In this document: one piece after another, positions 1-11,276 of the stretch
Numbering within the stretch: position 1 is the stretch's first letter
Layout: every line of letters begins with the position of its first letter
NCBI GenBank assembly: GCA_963674865.2
Contig: CAXXYE010000011.1
Location: forward strand, 128,001 to 192,000
Source of the DNA: Candidatus Hydrogenedentota bacterium
Lineage (GTDB): Bacteria; Hydrogenedentota; Hydrogenedentia; Hydrogenedentales; SLHB01
Length of the DNA stretch: 64,000 bases
Reading direction: 5' to 3'
Position numbers and translations under genes: made by a program
The notes under the pieces: model-generated
Seen by the model: only the letters and a program-made list of their open reading frames with translations
Told to the model about the DNA's origin: nothing
Databases searched by the model: none

Positions 1-22
1 GCTTGCGGACGACGTCCCGACG

Positions 23-811
23 ATGGACTTGGTGGCCGAAAAGTACCGTCAGATTCTGGAGGCGGAAGATGCCCCCGAGTCTCTCGACGGCAAGGGGTCG
101 TTCAGCGATTGGGCCTATTTCCATTACGGCCGCTGGTCGCTAGCCTGTCGCGGATGGTGGATTCCGAAAGTCGAGACGGAGGAAGAGGACGACGAGGAAG
201 GTGATGAACACGACGAAGACGCTGAAGAGTCCAATGAAGACGAGCGAGGCGTCGACGAACTGGACGCCCTGATCTGGTTCGACGAAGAGGGCATCGATGG
301 TTTCGTCGACTGGACGCCGATCAAGCATCCCGACTTCCCCGACCGGAAGGTGGAGGTGGGCGGGTTCAAGCCGTTCCTGCGAACCAACCCGCCGGCCGAC
401 CAGCTTGAGCCGCTGGCCGAGAAACACTGCCGTTTCGTCCGCGAGTTGGCCGAGATGTTCCCTCGGCTGGAGATAGCTGAACTGAAAGCCGAACCGCTGG
501 GGGACGGGGTATGGCGAGTAACGGCCGCCGCGGTCAACCGGGGCCGGCTGCCCACCATGTCGCAAATGGGACGCACCAGTCGTCAGTTGCAGGGGCTGCA
601 AATGCAGATCACTCTGCCCCGCGGCGCCGCGCTGGTGACCGGTTACCCCCGGGTCGGCATATCGGCCCTGGCCCCCGACGGTGGTCGCCAGGAGAAGAGT
701 TGGCTGGTCACGGCGCCGCCGGGAAAACCAACCTCGGTCAGCGTCCGCGTCTGGAGCCCGTTGGCGGGCTCGCACGCCAAGTCGATCAGGCTCGAACGGC
801 CCAAAAAGTAA
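23..811 (+). CDS. M14-family zinc carboxypeptidase, C-terminal part (begins upstream of the window)
   Basis: Homologous to the C-terminal half of the next ORF (G-F-DW, W..HP...VEVGG, VTAAV.N Ig-like tail); carries an acidic low-complexity insert. Confidence 0.75.
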   Translation: MDLVAEKYRQILEAEDAPESLDGKGSFSDWAYFHYGRWSLACRGWWIPKVETEEEDDEEGDEHDEDAEESNEDERGVDELDALIWFDEEGIDGFVDWTPIKHPDFPDRKVEVGGFKPFLRTNPPADQLEPLAEKHCRFVRELAEMFPRLEIAELKAEPLGDGVWRVTAAAVNRGRLPTMSQMGRTSRQLQGLQMQITLPRGAALVTGYPRVGISALAPDGGRQEKSWLVTAPPGKPTSVSVRVWSPLAGSHAKSIRLERPKK

Positions 812-854
812 CTGCACGCCGTCATCCGGCATGAAACAGCATGGAGAGTATCCC

Positions 855-2612
855 GTGAGAATCCGTCCCATACACTCGTCTCGTTTGGCGGTGGCGGTCG
901 CGCTTGTCCTGGCTAGTGCAACCCTCGGTCTGGCTGGGGAGCAAGCGCCCTATCAGCCGATGGGTGCTCCCGCCGATCCCAAGGTGGCCGTCCATTGGAA
1001 CCGCTATCACGACTATGCCGAGGTCACCCAGATCTTGAACCAGTTGGTCAAGGCCCATCCGGATCGGGCTCGGCTGGAAAGCCTGGGCGAGTCGTTTGGC
1101 GGTCGGCAGATGTGGCTCCTGACCGTCACCAATTCCAAGACCGGCAACGACCGCGCCAAGCCCGCCTTCTGGATCGACGGGGCCATCCATGCCAACGAGA
1201 TCCAAGGCGTGCAGGTCTCGCTCTACACGGCCTGGTATCTCTTGGAGATGTACGGCCGCACCCCGTTCATCACGCGGCTGGTGGACGATCGGGCCTTCTA
1301 TTTCCTACCGATGATGAGTCCCGATTCGCGCGACGCCCACATGTACGAGCCCAACACCAGCAGTTCGCCTCGCAGCGGGCAGGTGCCGGTCGACGACGAC
1401 AAGGACGGCCTGGTCAACGAAGACGGGCCCGACGACCTCGATCGCGACGGCCAGATCACCCAAATGCGGATCCGCGACCCCAACGGCCGCTACAAACCGC
1501 ATCCCGACTACCCCAATCTGATGATCGCCGTCAAGCCCAACGAACGGGGCGAGTATCGGCTTCTCGGCTCCGAAGGCTTTGACAATGACGGCGACGGCCG
1601 GGTCAACGAGGACGGCGACGGCTTCTACGACCCCAACCGCGACTGGCCCATCCAATGGCAGCCACGCTACGTCCAATACGGCGCACACCGGTATCCCTTC
1701 TCCCTGATGGAGAACCGTCACGTGGGCGATTTCGTCCTCGATCATGCCAACATCGCGGGCGCCCAGTCGTATCACAATACGGGCGGGATGATCCTCCGCG
1801 GTCCGGCCAACCCGGTCGACCCCGAGTACAGCAACTCGGACAAGGCCGTTTACGACGCCATCGCCGCCAAGGGCGAACTGATGCTGCCCTACTACGACTA
1901 CAAAATCTGCTCCACCGGTCTGTATCCGGTCTACGGCGGCGCCTTCGATTGGTTCCACGGGATGCGGGGGATCTTCGCCTTCAGCAACGAACTCTTCACT
2001 CCGGAGAACTACTTTCGCCGCACGGTCCCTAGCAGGTCCGAAGAGGTTGAGCAGTTCGACAAATACCTCCTCTTCGGCCAGGGCACGGTTCCCTGGAAGG
2101 AAGTCAACCATCCACAATACGGCAAGGTGGAAGTGGGCGGCAAGACCAAGCAGTGGGGACGGCAGCCGCCCTCGTTCCTCTTGGAGGAAGAGTGCCACCG
2201 CAATATGGCCTTCACCCTCTATCACGCCGACCAGATGCCCCAGGTGGCCATCCAATCGGCCGAGGCAAAGCCCCTGCCTGGCGGGCTGATCCAGGTGACC
2301 GCCGCCGTGATCAACCAGAAGCTCACGCCCACGCATTCCTCGGCCGACGTCAAGAACCACATCACCCCGCCGGATCTGGTCTCCGTCGCCGGCAAGGACC
2401 TCACGGTCGTGGTCGGCCTGCGCGACGACGACCCGTTCTTCCAGAATGCCAAAGAGCAGAAACACCACCCGGGCCAACTTCGCGTGCCCACCATTGGGGG
2501 CATGGGTGCCGTTCACGTCCGCTGGCTAGTGAAGGGTAACGGACCGTTTACGGTCTCCGTCCGTTCAATCAAGGGCGGCAGCGCTAATCGACGAGTGGAC
2601 GTGACAAAGTAG
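855..2612 (+). CDS. Secreted M14-family zinc carboxypeptidase with acidic Ca-binding-like inserts
   Basis: Signal peptide; DGAIHANE zinc motif, PNRDW, SYH; DDDKDGLVNED and DNDGDGRVNED repeats. GTG start chosen after GGAGAG; ATG at 831 is an alternative. Confidence 0.85.
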   Translation: MRIRPIHSSRLAVAVALVLASATLGLAGEQAPYQPMGAPADPKVAVHWNRYHDYAEVTQILNQLVKAHPDRARLESLGESFGGRQMWLLTVTNSKTGNDRAKPAFWIDGAIHANEIQGVQVSLYTAWYLLEMYGRTPFITRLVDDRAFYFLPMMSPDSRDAHMYEPNTSSSPRSGQVPVDDDKDGLVNEDGPDDLDRDGQITQMRIRDPNGRYKPHPDYPNLMIAVKPNERGEYRLLGSEGFDNDGDGRVNEDGDGFYDPNRDWPIQWQPRYVQYGAHRYPFSLMENRHVGDFVLDHANIAGAQSYHNTGGMILRGPANPVDPEYSNSDKAVYDAIAAKGELMLPYYDYKICSTGLYPVYGGAFDWFHGMRGIFAFSNELFTPENYFRRTVPSRSEEVEQFDKYLLFGQGTVPWKEVNHPQYGKVEVGGKTKQWGRQPPSFLLEEECHRNMAFTLYHADQMPQVAIQSAEAKPLPGGLIQVTAAVINQKLTPTHSSADVKNHITPPDLVSVAGKDLTVVVGLRDDDPFFQNAKEQKHHPGQLRVPTIGGMGAVHVRWLVKGNGPFTVSVRSIKGGSANRRVDVTK

Positions 2613-2689
2613 CAAAGCAGGGTGACACGCACCATGTAGATTACCCAGTTCAACCGCCAATTGGTGCGTTGGCACGCACCCTACTCGCC

Positions 2690-3604
2690 TCAACGCTTCG
2701 GCTGCACCTTCTCCGTTTTGCCCGCGGTCTCCAGCCAGAAGTCCACGGCCGAGATACTCTCCAAATCGACCGGGGAGCCCTTGGTGGTGACGAAGATGCC
2801 GTACTCCCGGACCACAAAACGAACTTCGGGGCAAGCGTCCTCGATTGCCTGGATGGCCGCGACCAGCGGGACCTCGGGCAAAGATAGGGTTACGACGTTC
2901 TCTTGTCCACATTCGATGTCGACCAACATTTCGCCCATGGTCACCCTATCCTTGAAGTAGTCAACCACGTAAGCAAGCGGTTCTTCGAGAAAGTCTAGTT
3001 CGACCGGCTTGGCCAGTGCTTCCCGGATCTTCTCCGCCATCGGGCCCTGGGGAATCCGGTGAACCGGCGAACGCGGTTCGGTCGCGACCGTGCCGGAGGG
3101 ACTCTCGGCCGAATCCGCGAGCAACTGTCGGATCTCCGCTTCCAAGGCCGCCAGCTTTGCCTGGGCTTCGATGGCCGGCCCGGCAGGTGCCGCCTTGCTC
3201 CGATAAAGCGCGTCGGCTTCCTCAAAGACATGGGTCGCCCAGGACCAGTTGTTCCAAAGCTCAATCTGCTCGCGGGCCACCTCGAATCGGGTCATTTTCA
3301 ACTCCGCCTCCGCCAATTGAACCTTCGACCTCGCCGCCACAATCCGGGGATGCCCCGTCAGCGTGCGGGCCAGCAGTTGTTCCAGGCTGGGGATCGGTTG
3401 CTTATCCGCGGTGGCCGGTGCAGTAGGCTTCGTCGGCTGCTTGGCCGCCGCAGCGCGGGCGGCCGGGGCTACACTGGCCGGCTGTACAGGCTCGCCGAAC
3501 GGGTCTTGCGCGACGGCCCAGCTTCCGCAGATCAGCATTCCAGTCAGCGCTACCGGGATCAGCCTCGGCGTAAGGGCGGCAAGGTCAACTTTCGCGATTG
3601 TCAT
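2690..3604 (-). CDS. Exported hypothetical protein (TolC-like helical segment plus STN-like C-terminal domain)
   Basis: GGAGG before ATG 3604; signal peptide; HPRIVAARSKVQLAEAEL helix; IREALAKPVELDF..PL motif. Confidence 0.55.
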   Translation of the reverse strand: MTIAKVDLAALTPRLIPVALTGMLICGSWAVAQDPFGEPVQPASVAPAARAAAAKQPTKPTAPATADKQPIPSLEQLLARTLTGHPRIVAARSKVQLAEAELKMTRFEVAREQIELWNNWSWATHVFEEADALYRSKAAPAGPAIEAQAKLAALEAEIRQLLADSAESPSGTVATEPRSPVHRIPQGPMAEKIREALAKPVELDFLEEPLAYVVDYFKDRVTMGEMLVDIECGQENVVTLSLPEVPLVAAIQAIEDACPEVRFVVREYGIFVTTKGSPVDLESISAVDFWLETAGKTEKVQPKR

Positions 3605-4103
3605 GTTTGGCCTCCTCGATTCGAGCAAGTTTGATGGCCCTTAGAAGCCAGCTATCCTCATCCGAGAGAGTGGCCAACTCTTCCGGTGTGGCCCTGTCCA
3701 GGGCCTGGCCGTAACACCGAACCGCATGTGTCAGGTCTCCTTCTTCGTTCAGATAACGATCGCTGACGCGGCGAATGTTCGCGAAGTTAGCGGGAACCAA
3801 CGGGTAGTCCTTGACAATATCACGCTCGGCGGCCGACTTGCCTTGACGATCGACGGAATCAACCGCAACCCCTCCCCCACCCGGCTCCGCCGGAAGCTGC
3901 CAGAGCTGCGTGGTTGCGATCCCTGCCAGATAGCACCCCGCCAAAGCGACGGAAAAGACCGCCCGTCGCACCGTCCGCCGCCGCCGGACAACGCCCGTGG
4001 TCTGTCCCAGCAGGTTTCGCCGAAAACCATCATCGGGCACCGGCCGGCGGGCATCCAACAAGGCTTCAACAGAATCAGACTCCGGTCGATTGGTGGAAGA
4101 CAT
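3585..4103 (-). CDS. Probable anti-sigma factor (single transmembrane helix)
   Basis: Directly downstream of an ECF sigma gene; Arg-rich stretch followed by a hydrophobic helix. Confidence 0.55.
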   Translation of the reverse strand: MSSTNRPESDSVEALLDARRPVPDDGFRRNLLGQTTGVVRRRRTVRRAVFSVALAGCYLAGIATTQLWQLPAEPGGGGVAVDSVDRQGKSAAERDIVKDYPLVPANFANIRRVSDRYLNEEGDLTHAVRCYGQALDRATPEELATLSDEDSWLLRAIKLARIEEAKHDNRES

Positions 4104-4162
4104 GTGAATCTCTCTTTCAATGGACGGGTCAAGGGAATCTGCAACATGCGTTGTCCGCACAT

Positions 4163-4240
4163 ACTAACCCGAAACGCCAGCGAGGGAGGTGCTTGCAAAA
4201 CTCCTGCGCATCGTGTTCCTCGCTCGCGCTTCGGGTTAGT
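4163..4240. repeat. REP-like inverted repeat pair
   Basis: ACTAACCCGAAACGCCAGCGAGG (4163-4185) matches the reverse complement of 4218-4240 at 21/23. Confidence 0.8.
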
Positions 4241-4256
4241 GTTTGGCCATACCTTT

Positions 4257-4820
4257 CTACGTCTCCAGTTTCTCGTATTGCTCTCGAAAGCTCTGCCGGG
4301 CGCGGGTTAAGAGCGATTCTACCGCCTTCTCTGTCCGGCCCCACGACTCGGCAATCTCGGCCACCGCGTCACCGTCAAGGTACTTGGCTCGCAACACGGC
4401 CTCGTGGCGTTGGGGCAGGGCAGCCAAGGTGGCCGCGACGGCTTGGGCCCGCCGGTGTTCGATCCGCCGGGCCTCCGTCGAATCCGTTGCCGACGGCTCC
4501 TCGTCGAGCGGCTGCAATCGTCGAGCCGGCCGCCGGCGTCTAAAGTGGTTCCGCAGCACGTTGGCCGAGATGCCTCGCAGCCAGGCCAAAAAACTCCCTC
4601 GGCGGGGGTCGAATTTCCGCATCCTCCGCACGGCGGTCAGCCAGGTCTCCTGGACGACGTCCTCCGTCTGGTCCTTCATCCCCCCACATCGCCAATCGAC
4701 GTAAGCATAGAGATCGTCGTAGCTCTCCTCGTACCAGGTCTGCCATGCCCCAGCGTCACCGGCCAGCACGGCAGCGCGGAGCAGTCGGTCTCTCTGAGTT
4801 CGCTCGGCGGAGTCCATCAA
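4257..4820 (-). CDS. ECF (sigma-70 family) RNA polymerase sigma factor
   Basis: Region 2 (EDVVQETWL..FDP.RGSFLAWL) and region 4 (EIAESWGRTEKAVESLLTRAR). Confidence 0.92.
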   Translation of the reverse strand: MMDSAERTQRDRLLRAAVLAGDAGAWQTWYEESYDDLYAYVDWRCGGMKDQTEDVVQETWLTAVRRMRKFDPRRGSFLAWLRGISANVLRNHFRRRRPARRLQPLDEEPSATDSTEARRIEHRRAQAVAATLAALPQRHEAVLRAKYLDGDAVAEIAESWGRTEKAVESLLTRARQSFREQYEKLET

Positions 4821-5036
4821 GCCCCCTGCTGGCCGGCGGTTGGATCTGCTACCAGTATATTGTCCGCCACAAGGAGAATCCTTCGCAAGTTTTTTGGGCG
4901 GGTGGTGCGTGGACTCCGGGCTGGACGGTCAGTCGATGGAAGAGATCCGGCTGAAGATGGCCGAGCAGATTGTCTCGCTGCGAGAAGCGCTGGAGATCGA
5001 GACAACCATTATGGACGCCCGATAGACGACTGCCCG

Positions 5037-6515
5037 TCAGTCCGCAACGGCGTAACTGAAGAGCTTGGCATTTTTCAGATGGAAACGCAGGCGTAGCGGC
5101 CCATCGCTTGGCAGTCGCTCATGCTCTTTCCATTGCACCGCATGCCGAACGGCGTCGGCTTCAAGCGGGATACAATCGGTCGAGTCGTAGCCGGGCAGCG
5201 GACGGCCTTCCGCGTCGAGGACCGCGACGTTTATTCGCCCGCCGGAGGCGTCGGCGTTGATCGTCAACCGATCGCCCGAGCACGCCAGCGGCACGGTTTC
5301 AATCACTCCCTCTTCCTCGCCCGCCGCCAGCGAGACGAACCCTTCGCGCCGCCATTTGGCAAGTGCGATTGTGATTCTCTTCTTGGGGACATACCCGCCG
5401 TGCGTGGTGGTGATGGCCGTGTAGTAGAACCAGATTTCGTCTCCAACCACAACCGGGAAGTTGCTCACTCCCAAGATGCAGCCGGCGTCGTAGACATGAG
5501 GACCGTTGGGGATTACCGCGGACCGGTCTTCCAGGCGATGCCAGACGCGACCGTCGCGACTGTGGACCAGTTGCACGTCGATGGGACCGTCGTGGGAACT
5601 CTGAAGCGGCCCTTTCTCCGGTGGTGGACCCGTGTAGCGAAAGTGGGTGACCAACCCCAGGAATTGCCCGCCGCAGGGGAATACCGACATATTGTAGAAC
5701 TGCGAAAACAGGCCACCCTCGGCTTGCACCCGTTGATCGTCGACCGTGTCGGGGGCCATCACCAACTCGGGCTCGGACCACTCCTGCATGTCCCGGCTGG
5801 TCGCCAGGTAGACCAGCCGCCGCTTTTGGCCGCGATGGGTACCGTAGCGCTTGTGAAACGCCAGATACTCCCCCGTCTTGGGATCCAGCGCCAAGGTGCA
5901 AGTGTCGCCGCTGGATAGCACGGGGTTCTTGGGGTACAACTCCCAACGGAGTCCGTCTGCCGAATGAGCCACGTGGTAGCCCCGGCCGGATGCTCGGCCG
6001 TATCCCAGCATGTTGTACCGCTTCGCCGGATCGGCCTCGCGCGGGTTGAATACCACACTGGGACTGTGGAACTGCGAGAAGACGATGTTATTGGCGGTGG
6101 AGCCCTCGAACTCGCGAAGCCCAAGCTCAGGCCGCGTCCATTTCAGCCCGTCGGGCGAAGTGGCGTAGAGCACCAAATCATTGCGGTTGTACCACAATCG
6201 GAACCGGCCGGTCGACTCGTCTCGAATCGCGCTACCGTAGACATAGATTCGTTGATCGTCACCTTTCCATTCCCAAGGCGTCTCCGGCACGATCACCGGC
6301 TTGGCGAGCTTCTGGCAGGCATGCACTTGCCTGACCACTCCACTCTTCCGGCCAATCAGCACGTCATCCACCAGCAACTGGAACTCCGTGCCGATCGATC
6401 GAACCGATCGCGGGGACGATCGTCCGGCCTCCACGTCGTGTTCGGCCGAAAACACGGGCGCCCAGCAAATACAAAGCAGGACGCCAAGAATCGCGGACGT
6501 TGGCAATCGGTTCAT
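5037..6515 (-). CDS. Secreted beta-propeller glycoside-hydrolase-like protein
   Basis: Signal peptide; repeated S.DG..W (Asp-box-like) motifs; REGFVSL and LRFHLKNAKLFSY C-terminal domain. Confidence 0.7.
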   Translation of the reverse strand: MNRLPTSAILGVLLCICWAPVFSAEHDVEAGRSSPRSVRSIGTEFQLLVDDVLIGRKSGVVRQVHACQKLAKPVIVPETPWEWKGDDQRIYVYGSAIRDESTGRFRLWYNRNDLVLYATSPDGLKWTRPELGLREFEGSTANNIVFSQFHSPSVVFNPREADPAKRYNMLGYGRASGRGYHVAHSADGLRWELYPKNPVLSSGDTCTLALDPKTGEYLAFHKRYGTHRGQKRRLVYLATSRDMQEWSEPELVMAPDTVDDQRVQAEGGLFSQFYNMSVFPCGGQFLGLVTHFRYTGPPPEKGPLQSSHDGPIDVQLVHSRDGRVWHRLEDRSAVIPNGPHVYDAGCILGVSNFPVVVGDEIWFYYTAITTTHGGYVPKKRITIALAKWRREGFVSLAAGEEEGVIETVPLACSGDRLTINADASGGRINVAVLDAEGRPLPGYDSTDCIPLEADAVRHAVQWKEHERLPSDGPLRLRFHLKNAKLFSYAVAD

Positions 6516-7034
6516 GATTTTCGGCTCCCTATGCTTCGTGGCCATTACAATCGCGAGAGAGTATCCTCGCGCACGTACATAGACTACGCGACCCACGAGC
6601 CAACCGCAAGCCAAGGCTCCGGACTGCAACTCCGCACCCCACGGTCGGGAACCCTGCTTGCAGACCCGGCCGGTTCCGCGATGCTGTGATGTTCACGGCC
6701 CGGAATTGATAGGGCATTAGATTGAGGTGCACGACCATGAGCGACTACATTTCTAAGGAGGAACCGCTCATACGGAATAGACGACACGCTGAATACCTCT
6801 GCTATTAGCGTCCATCAGTGTTCATTAGCGGTCAACCGCTTCAAGATCCGTGAACGGGCACCGAATTTCTGCACAACGATTTCGTCGTTCGACTGCCCGA
6901 GCGCAGGCTGTTAGGTGTTTAGGCTGATAGGTTCGTCCTCATGACCATACCAGCCGCGTAGAACTCCAGCACAGTGAAGCATCACATTCCACGGAGAATG
7001 GGGCAAGAAAGTCTACGCTCTGCGGACGAGGTCA

Positions 7035-9250
7035 CTACAGCTCGCGCACCCGGACCTCGGCGATCCAAATCTGGCTATCCGCGCCGCCGAAGCCGAGCTT
7101 CTGAATCTTGCGGCCCTGGTCCAGCGCCTCCGGAGGCAGGGTGAACGAGAGCGTTTGCCACTCTTCCTTTTTCACCAATCCCTTCTCGGGCCGCACCCTG
7201 GTCCAGACGTCGGGCGACGTATTGACCACCACGCTGGTCAGGGGAGACATGCCCCAGACGTCGATTTCGACGACGACCGGTTTGCTCGGATCGGGCGTGG
7301 TGACCAGAAAGGTGGCCCAGCCGTGGGAGTTGTCGCCGGGGCCGGTCTCGTCGGAGTTCCAGCACTTCCGCCCGCCTTTGGTTTCCGCCTCGCCGAACGC
7401 CTGGGCCGGGACCCCGAATTCGCGAATCATCCGGTTACTTTCGATCCAGGAGTCGACATGTTTGGCCGCATCGCGGACTTTCACGTAGCCCAGTGCCTTG
7501 CGGGCCCCGGCCACTGCCGAATCGAACGCCGCCACGTCAAAGTCGGTCTGGTATCGCTGGTAGTCTTCCAACGCGAGGACCATCCGGTATCCGTAGTGAA
7601 ACGTCTGAGCCACTTCGGCCACGCGCTGCTTGACGACTTCGTCGGCCGGCACTTCTTGGGCCCGCTCGACGGCCGCCAGCGCCTGGTCCAGCAGTTGCCG
7701 GTCAAACAGGCCGGGGATTTGTGTTCGTGGATTGCCGGCATACGACCGGCCCGTCTTCTTCGCGGCGGCGTCCACCGCCCGGTAAAACGTGCCGATGTCT
7801 TCCGCGGCCGGCCCGAACATGGCCCGGGTCCACTCGTCGGCAATCTCCTGGGGGTCGCCCGAGGGGTCCCAGAGCAGTTTGGCGATCACGTAATAGAGCG
7901 GTCCGTCCAGGGGCCAGTCTCTCAGCGTGCTTTGACAGTAATAGCGTTTGACGCCCAGCGAATGATAGTACTTCACGTCGGCCGAGAAACTGCCCAACAC
8001 GGGCCGCGGCAGCCGCCACCATTGCGACTTGCTCACGTAGTTGTACATCAGGATCTCGGGCGTCACGTCGAGCCAACGCAAGAGCGAATCGTTGAACTGG
8101 CGGTTCGACTCCGACTCCGGATCGTTGACCGGCCGGGAATAGTCTGCCGGCGCGTAGTGGCACAGATACGGCACCACGTTGGGCAGCGGGCGGACCGTGT
8201 CGGGCGGTTCGGCGTAATTGATATACGCCAGCACCAGTAGCTTCTTGTCGGGATACTTTTTGGCCACCCGGGCCGCTACTTCGTTGGCGAACCAGAATAC
8301 GCGATCGCCCAGGAACGGCCGCTCGGAGATCAGTCCTTGCTTGGTGGTCCGCCCCCCGCAAAGCCGTTTGTCCAACTCGAGGCAAGCGTCGCATTCACAC
8401 CAGCCCCGGCCATCGTTGGGGCTGATCGAAACGATCTGGCAGGCGGGATCGTCGTCGAAGAAACGGATTACATTGGCGGCGAACTCGTCGGCCAGTCCTT
8501 CCGCGGTGACGCAAAGCTGCCGGCCGTGAAGATCGCTGGGCCGGCGCTCGCCGGACAGGAACGGAAACCACTCGGGATGCTCTTTGAAGTACGGCTCATT
8601 GGGGATGATCTTGAAATAGGCGTGCACCCCACTGCACGCTTCCGGGTAGTAGATCGAGTTGCCGTTGGTTGGTGCCGTTTGAGGAGTGTAGAAGCCGTTC
8701 AGGCCCAGTTTCAAGCCCCACTTCTGGAACTCGGGATTGCCCTGGCCGTTGAAAAGCCGCCACTCGAACGCCGGCCGGGTATCGATCTCGAGCCGGCCCA
8801 CAGTCAAGGTTGGCTGCCGGGGCACGACGTCGATTTCCGGTGCCAGCCAACGGCAGCCCAGCGTCTCCAGGAACCGGTAGACGGCAAACAGGGTGCCCCG
8901 CTCACCTCCGCCGCAGATCGAGACGCCGCCCGAAACCGATCGAATCATCACCCGCTCTTCGTCGCCGATAAATCCATCGGGCAATCCAGCGAGAGTCTTC
9001 TTGGTCGGCCCCACGTCAATCCGCGTTCCAGCGGCGGAACCGCTCTCGCCTTCGGAGACAACCGCCAGGGCCGGCCCCGACATTCTCTCTCGATGTACAC
9101 GGCCAACTCGCCGGCCGCCGCGGTGACGGTTTGGCCGGCGCCGTCGGGGATCACAATCGAGCACTTGGGCTGCCCGCCGTCCACCAGCACGAGTTGTCCA
9201 TTGGCGGGAACCGTGACCGACAACATGACCGTCAATGCAATCAGATTCAT
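7035..9250 (-). CDS. DUF4838-like secreted glycosidase-related protein (one frameshift at ~9085-9091)
   Basis: N-terminus lies in ORF 8948..9250 and the rest in ORF 7035..9266; removing one extra dinucleotide in a CT run joins them; GTLFAVYRFLE.LGCRW, HPEWF and SISPND motifs. Confidence 0.75.
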
Positions 9251-9323
9251 TTGCTTGTCTCCTCATTCCATTGCTTGATGCGATTCTTCAGCCGGGCAAC
9301 GACGTCGGCAACGATCTGGCCAC

Positions 9324-11276
9324 TCAATTCACCCAAATCGGGCTCGAGATGGCTTCCTCGTCGTTTTCCTGAACGATCCGCACGTAATAGTAGCTCGTTT
9401 CGCCGGGCTTGAATTCCGGATCTTGCCACTTGAGTTTGACAGCCGTTTCACCCGGCTCCAGCGCGTGGACGATCCGGCTGTTCTTCTTAATCTCCACGCG
9501 GGTGACGGGCGCCGTGCCGACCGCCTCGATCTCGAGCGTGGGCGGCTTATCGGTTCTGTATTCCGCGCCCATGGGACGGCCGTCGGCATGGAATTCCAGA
9601 ATGATCCGGTCGCCGCTGGTGGCGTAAACACTCCGGTCGTAAAGCGAGTGAAAGATCGACTCCCGCGTGTGACGGGGCGTACGGACGGCCAGGGCCGCCA
9701 TGCCGATCTCTTGTTTGTCCCAATCGTAGCTCGGTTTCAAGTAGCCGTGGCCCGGGTTGCCGTAATGGCCGTCGGTGCTGGCCATGATGCCCAGGCGGTG
9801 TCCCCGGGTAAGATACTTGGTGGCCCAATCTTCGCTGCGGCGGTGTTCGCTAAAAACCTCGATCAGCCGCTGTACCTTGGGGTCGTGCATGGCCGGGTTG
9901 CCCGACCGGCCGCCGAAGTGTGGAATGCAGAAGACGTCCTTGTTGCGAAGGTGCTCCCGGAGCTTGGCGAAGACGTCGTTGATCTTCTCCTGCATCGGGT
10001 CGGGGCCGTGGTACATTTGCAGGTTGCTCGGGGTGTAATAGTTGGTCGAACGATAGAGCGGCGGGTCGTCGTCGAGGAAATAGCAGTTGTGGTCGCCGCC
10101 CATCTTCGACGTGCCGCTCCACTCGTAGGCCTGAAAGGTCACGAACCGCCCCGGCCGGTTGACCCGGTTGGTGACCAGCTTGGAGTGCTCCCACATCTCG
10201 TCGATGAGTTCGAAGGCGTGATCCGAGACGGCGCAGAAATCGAGCCCCGCCACACGTTCGGCGAAGTCGTAGAACTCCTCGATCGTGCCCCGGCCGTCGG
10301 AAAAGAGCGTATGGCCGTGCAGGTCGCCCCAGAGCAGGAGCGTCTCGGGGCGCTCGGCGGTCACTCGTACCGGGTTGGCCGTTTGCCGCAACGTCCCATC
10401 GGAGGCGCTTAGCGTACAAGTGCCGGGCGTGCTGAACACGACGCCCTCGAAACGGCGTACGCCCCGGTCGGGCTTCCGTAAACGTATGTGCCCGCGGCAA
10501 GGCGGCCGCCGCGTCGGACGAGACCACTTTGACGGTGCCTCGATACGTAGCCGCCGGGTTTCCGTAGCGATCCTCGGCCCTGACGATACACCAGGTCGGC
10601 TTGCCCGCGACCGCGTCCGACGGCATCACCATCTGAAGCCGAAACGGTTGGGCGGCCACGACTTCGATGGCCGGGCTTTTCGTAAGCGGCAGATAGTCGC
10701 CGGATCCCTTGGCGTCGACGTAGGTCTTGAACGTAAAACACGCTTCGTCGAAGGGCTGCACGCGAATGCCCGGCGAACCGCCGCTGGTGTCACCGAAGGT
10801 GACCTTCATGGTTTCGCCGGGGGCCAGTCCCTTGCCGGGCAGGACAACTTCGACCATGTTGTGCCAGGCAAAATACTGGTGGAAATACCGGCTGCGGAAG
10901 TCGACCACGATTTCGACCGGCTGGTCGCGCTGGGTCTTGGCCGAGAGATAACTCTCGGCCTTTGGGTCCTCGGTCTGTGGTAGCGACCATTGCGAGAGGT
11001 GCCCGCAAACCGACGCGAATCCCGCCGCCCGGCTCAATGCCCGCCTTGCCGGCCGTGTAGACCAGTTGTGAACGTCTGGTGCGAGAGCGCCTCGACCTTG
11101 TCGGGCCCTTCCAACGTGGCGGATCCGATGCCCAGTCTTCGCCCTTCGGCCGCGGCCGCTTCTTCGTAGTTATTGGGAACCAGGCCGCGAAGCTCGGCGC
11201 CTGCCAGAGTACTCGGCACGAACAATACGATGGCCGTCAATGCGGCGGCAACTCTGGGTGGATTGGAGATTCTCAC
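9324..11276 (-). CDS. DUF3604 / PHP-like secreted metallohydrolase (three 1-nt frameshifts at ~11067, ~11003, ~10471)
   Basis: WGDLHGHT.FSDG, GLDFCAVSDH, YEWS, GDHN, STDGH and SSPIWV motifs; the pieces join by removing single extra bases in short homopolymers. Confidence 0.75.

Noticed and set aside
681..854. Long N-terminal extension of the 643-aa ORF
   Set aside because: Overlaps the upstream gene; the signal peptide and RBS point to a start at 831 or 855
6529..6787. Short minus-strand ORF starting MVVHLNLMP, reminiscent of a PilN N-terminus
   Set aside because: Only about 10 residues of resemblance and no TM segment follows; cannot be supported
6805..6834. Three degenerate 10-bp tandem units (ATTAGCGTCC / ATCAGTGTTC / ATTAGCGGTC)
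   Set aside because: No spacers or partner arm; at most a repeat remnant, not CRISPR
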